Source: Klebsormidium nitens (Eukaryota; Plantae; Klebsormidiophyceae). From it: a stretch of 64,000 nt of DNA. The DNA lies in the NCBI GenBank assembly GCA_000708835.1, contig DF236962.1, positions 376,712-440,711 of the forward strand, written 5' to 3'. The notes below the pieces were generated by a model. That model worked only from the letters and a program-made list of their open reading frames with translations. It searched no databases and was not told where the DNA came from. The position numbers and the translations under genes were made by a program. The stretch's first letter is position 1, and the number at the start of each line of letters is the position of its first letter. Positions 63,914 to 64,000 of this stretch are shown in pieces.

Positions 63914-63945
63914 TGCGTTTGCGAGGGATCGAACCCAGGTCCCTC
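63914..63945 (-). other. tRNA 3'-half-like fragment (B-box/T-arm), possible tRNA pseudogene or SINE head
   Basis: Minus strand GACCTGGGTTCGATCCCTCGCAAACGCA resembles tRNA-Gly-type 3' ends; no A-box, D-arm or complete acceptor stem is recognisable within the window. Confidence 0.3.
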
Positions 63946-64000
63946 GCAGGCATTGACGTCATCATTTCATCACCCAGTGAAGGGGAAATCCCTACGCCTT

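Overview
Intron-rich eukaryotic genomic DNA with land-plant-like genes; a streptophyte alga such as Klebsormidium is my inference, not a database result. Left to right: three tandem intronless F-box/LRR-like paralogs (one intact, two frameshifted); a U6 snRNA gene (-) with TATA and USE-like promoter; a 7-exon DUF819 membrane protein; an 8-exon uncharacterised, largely disordered protein; a 4-exon SDR with an apparent frameshift at exon 2; a 6-exon PrmA-like methyltransferase (-); a ~3,400-aa ARM-repeat protein spanning a 441-N gap; and a 7-exon GT90/CAP10 glycosyltransferase (-). Three signals are not explained by these genes. (1) Degenerate tandem 'echoes' of exon-intron junctions (70-190 nt units) flank six splice sites in four unrelated genes. 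(2) The palindrome TGACGTCA occurs at least 18 times where about 1 is expected, in exons and introns. (3) 18 GTAC motifs are packed into ~380 bp between two divergent genes. All exon models were built by hand from GT/AG sites and phase compatibility; counts are manual.
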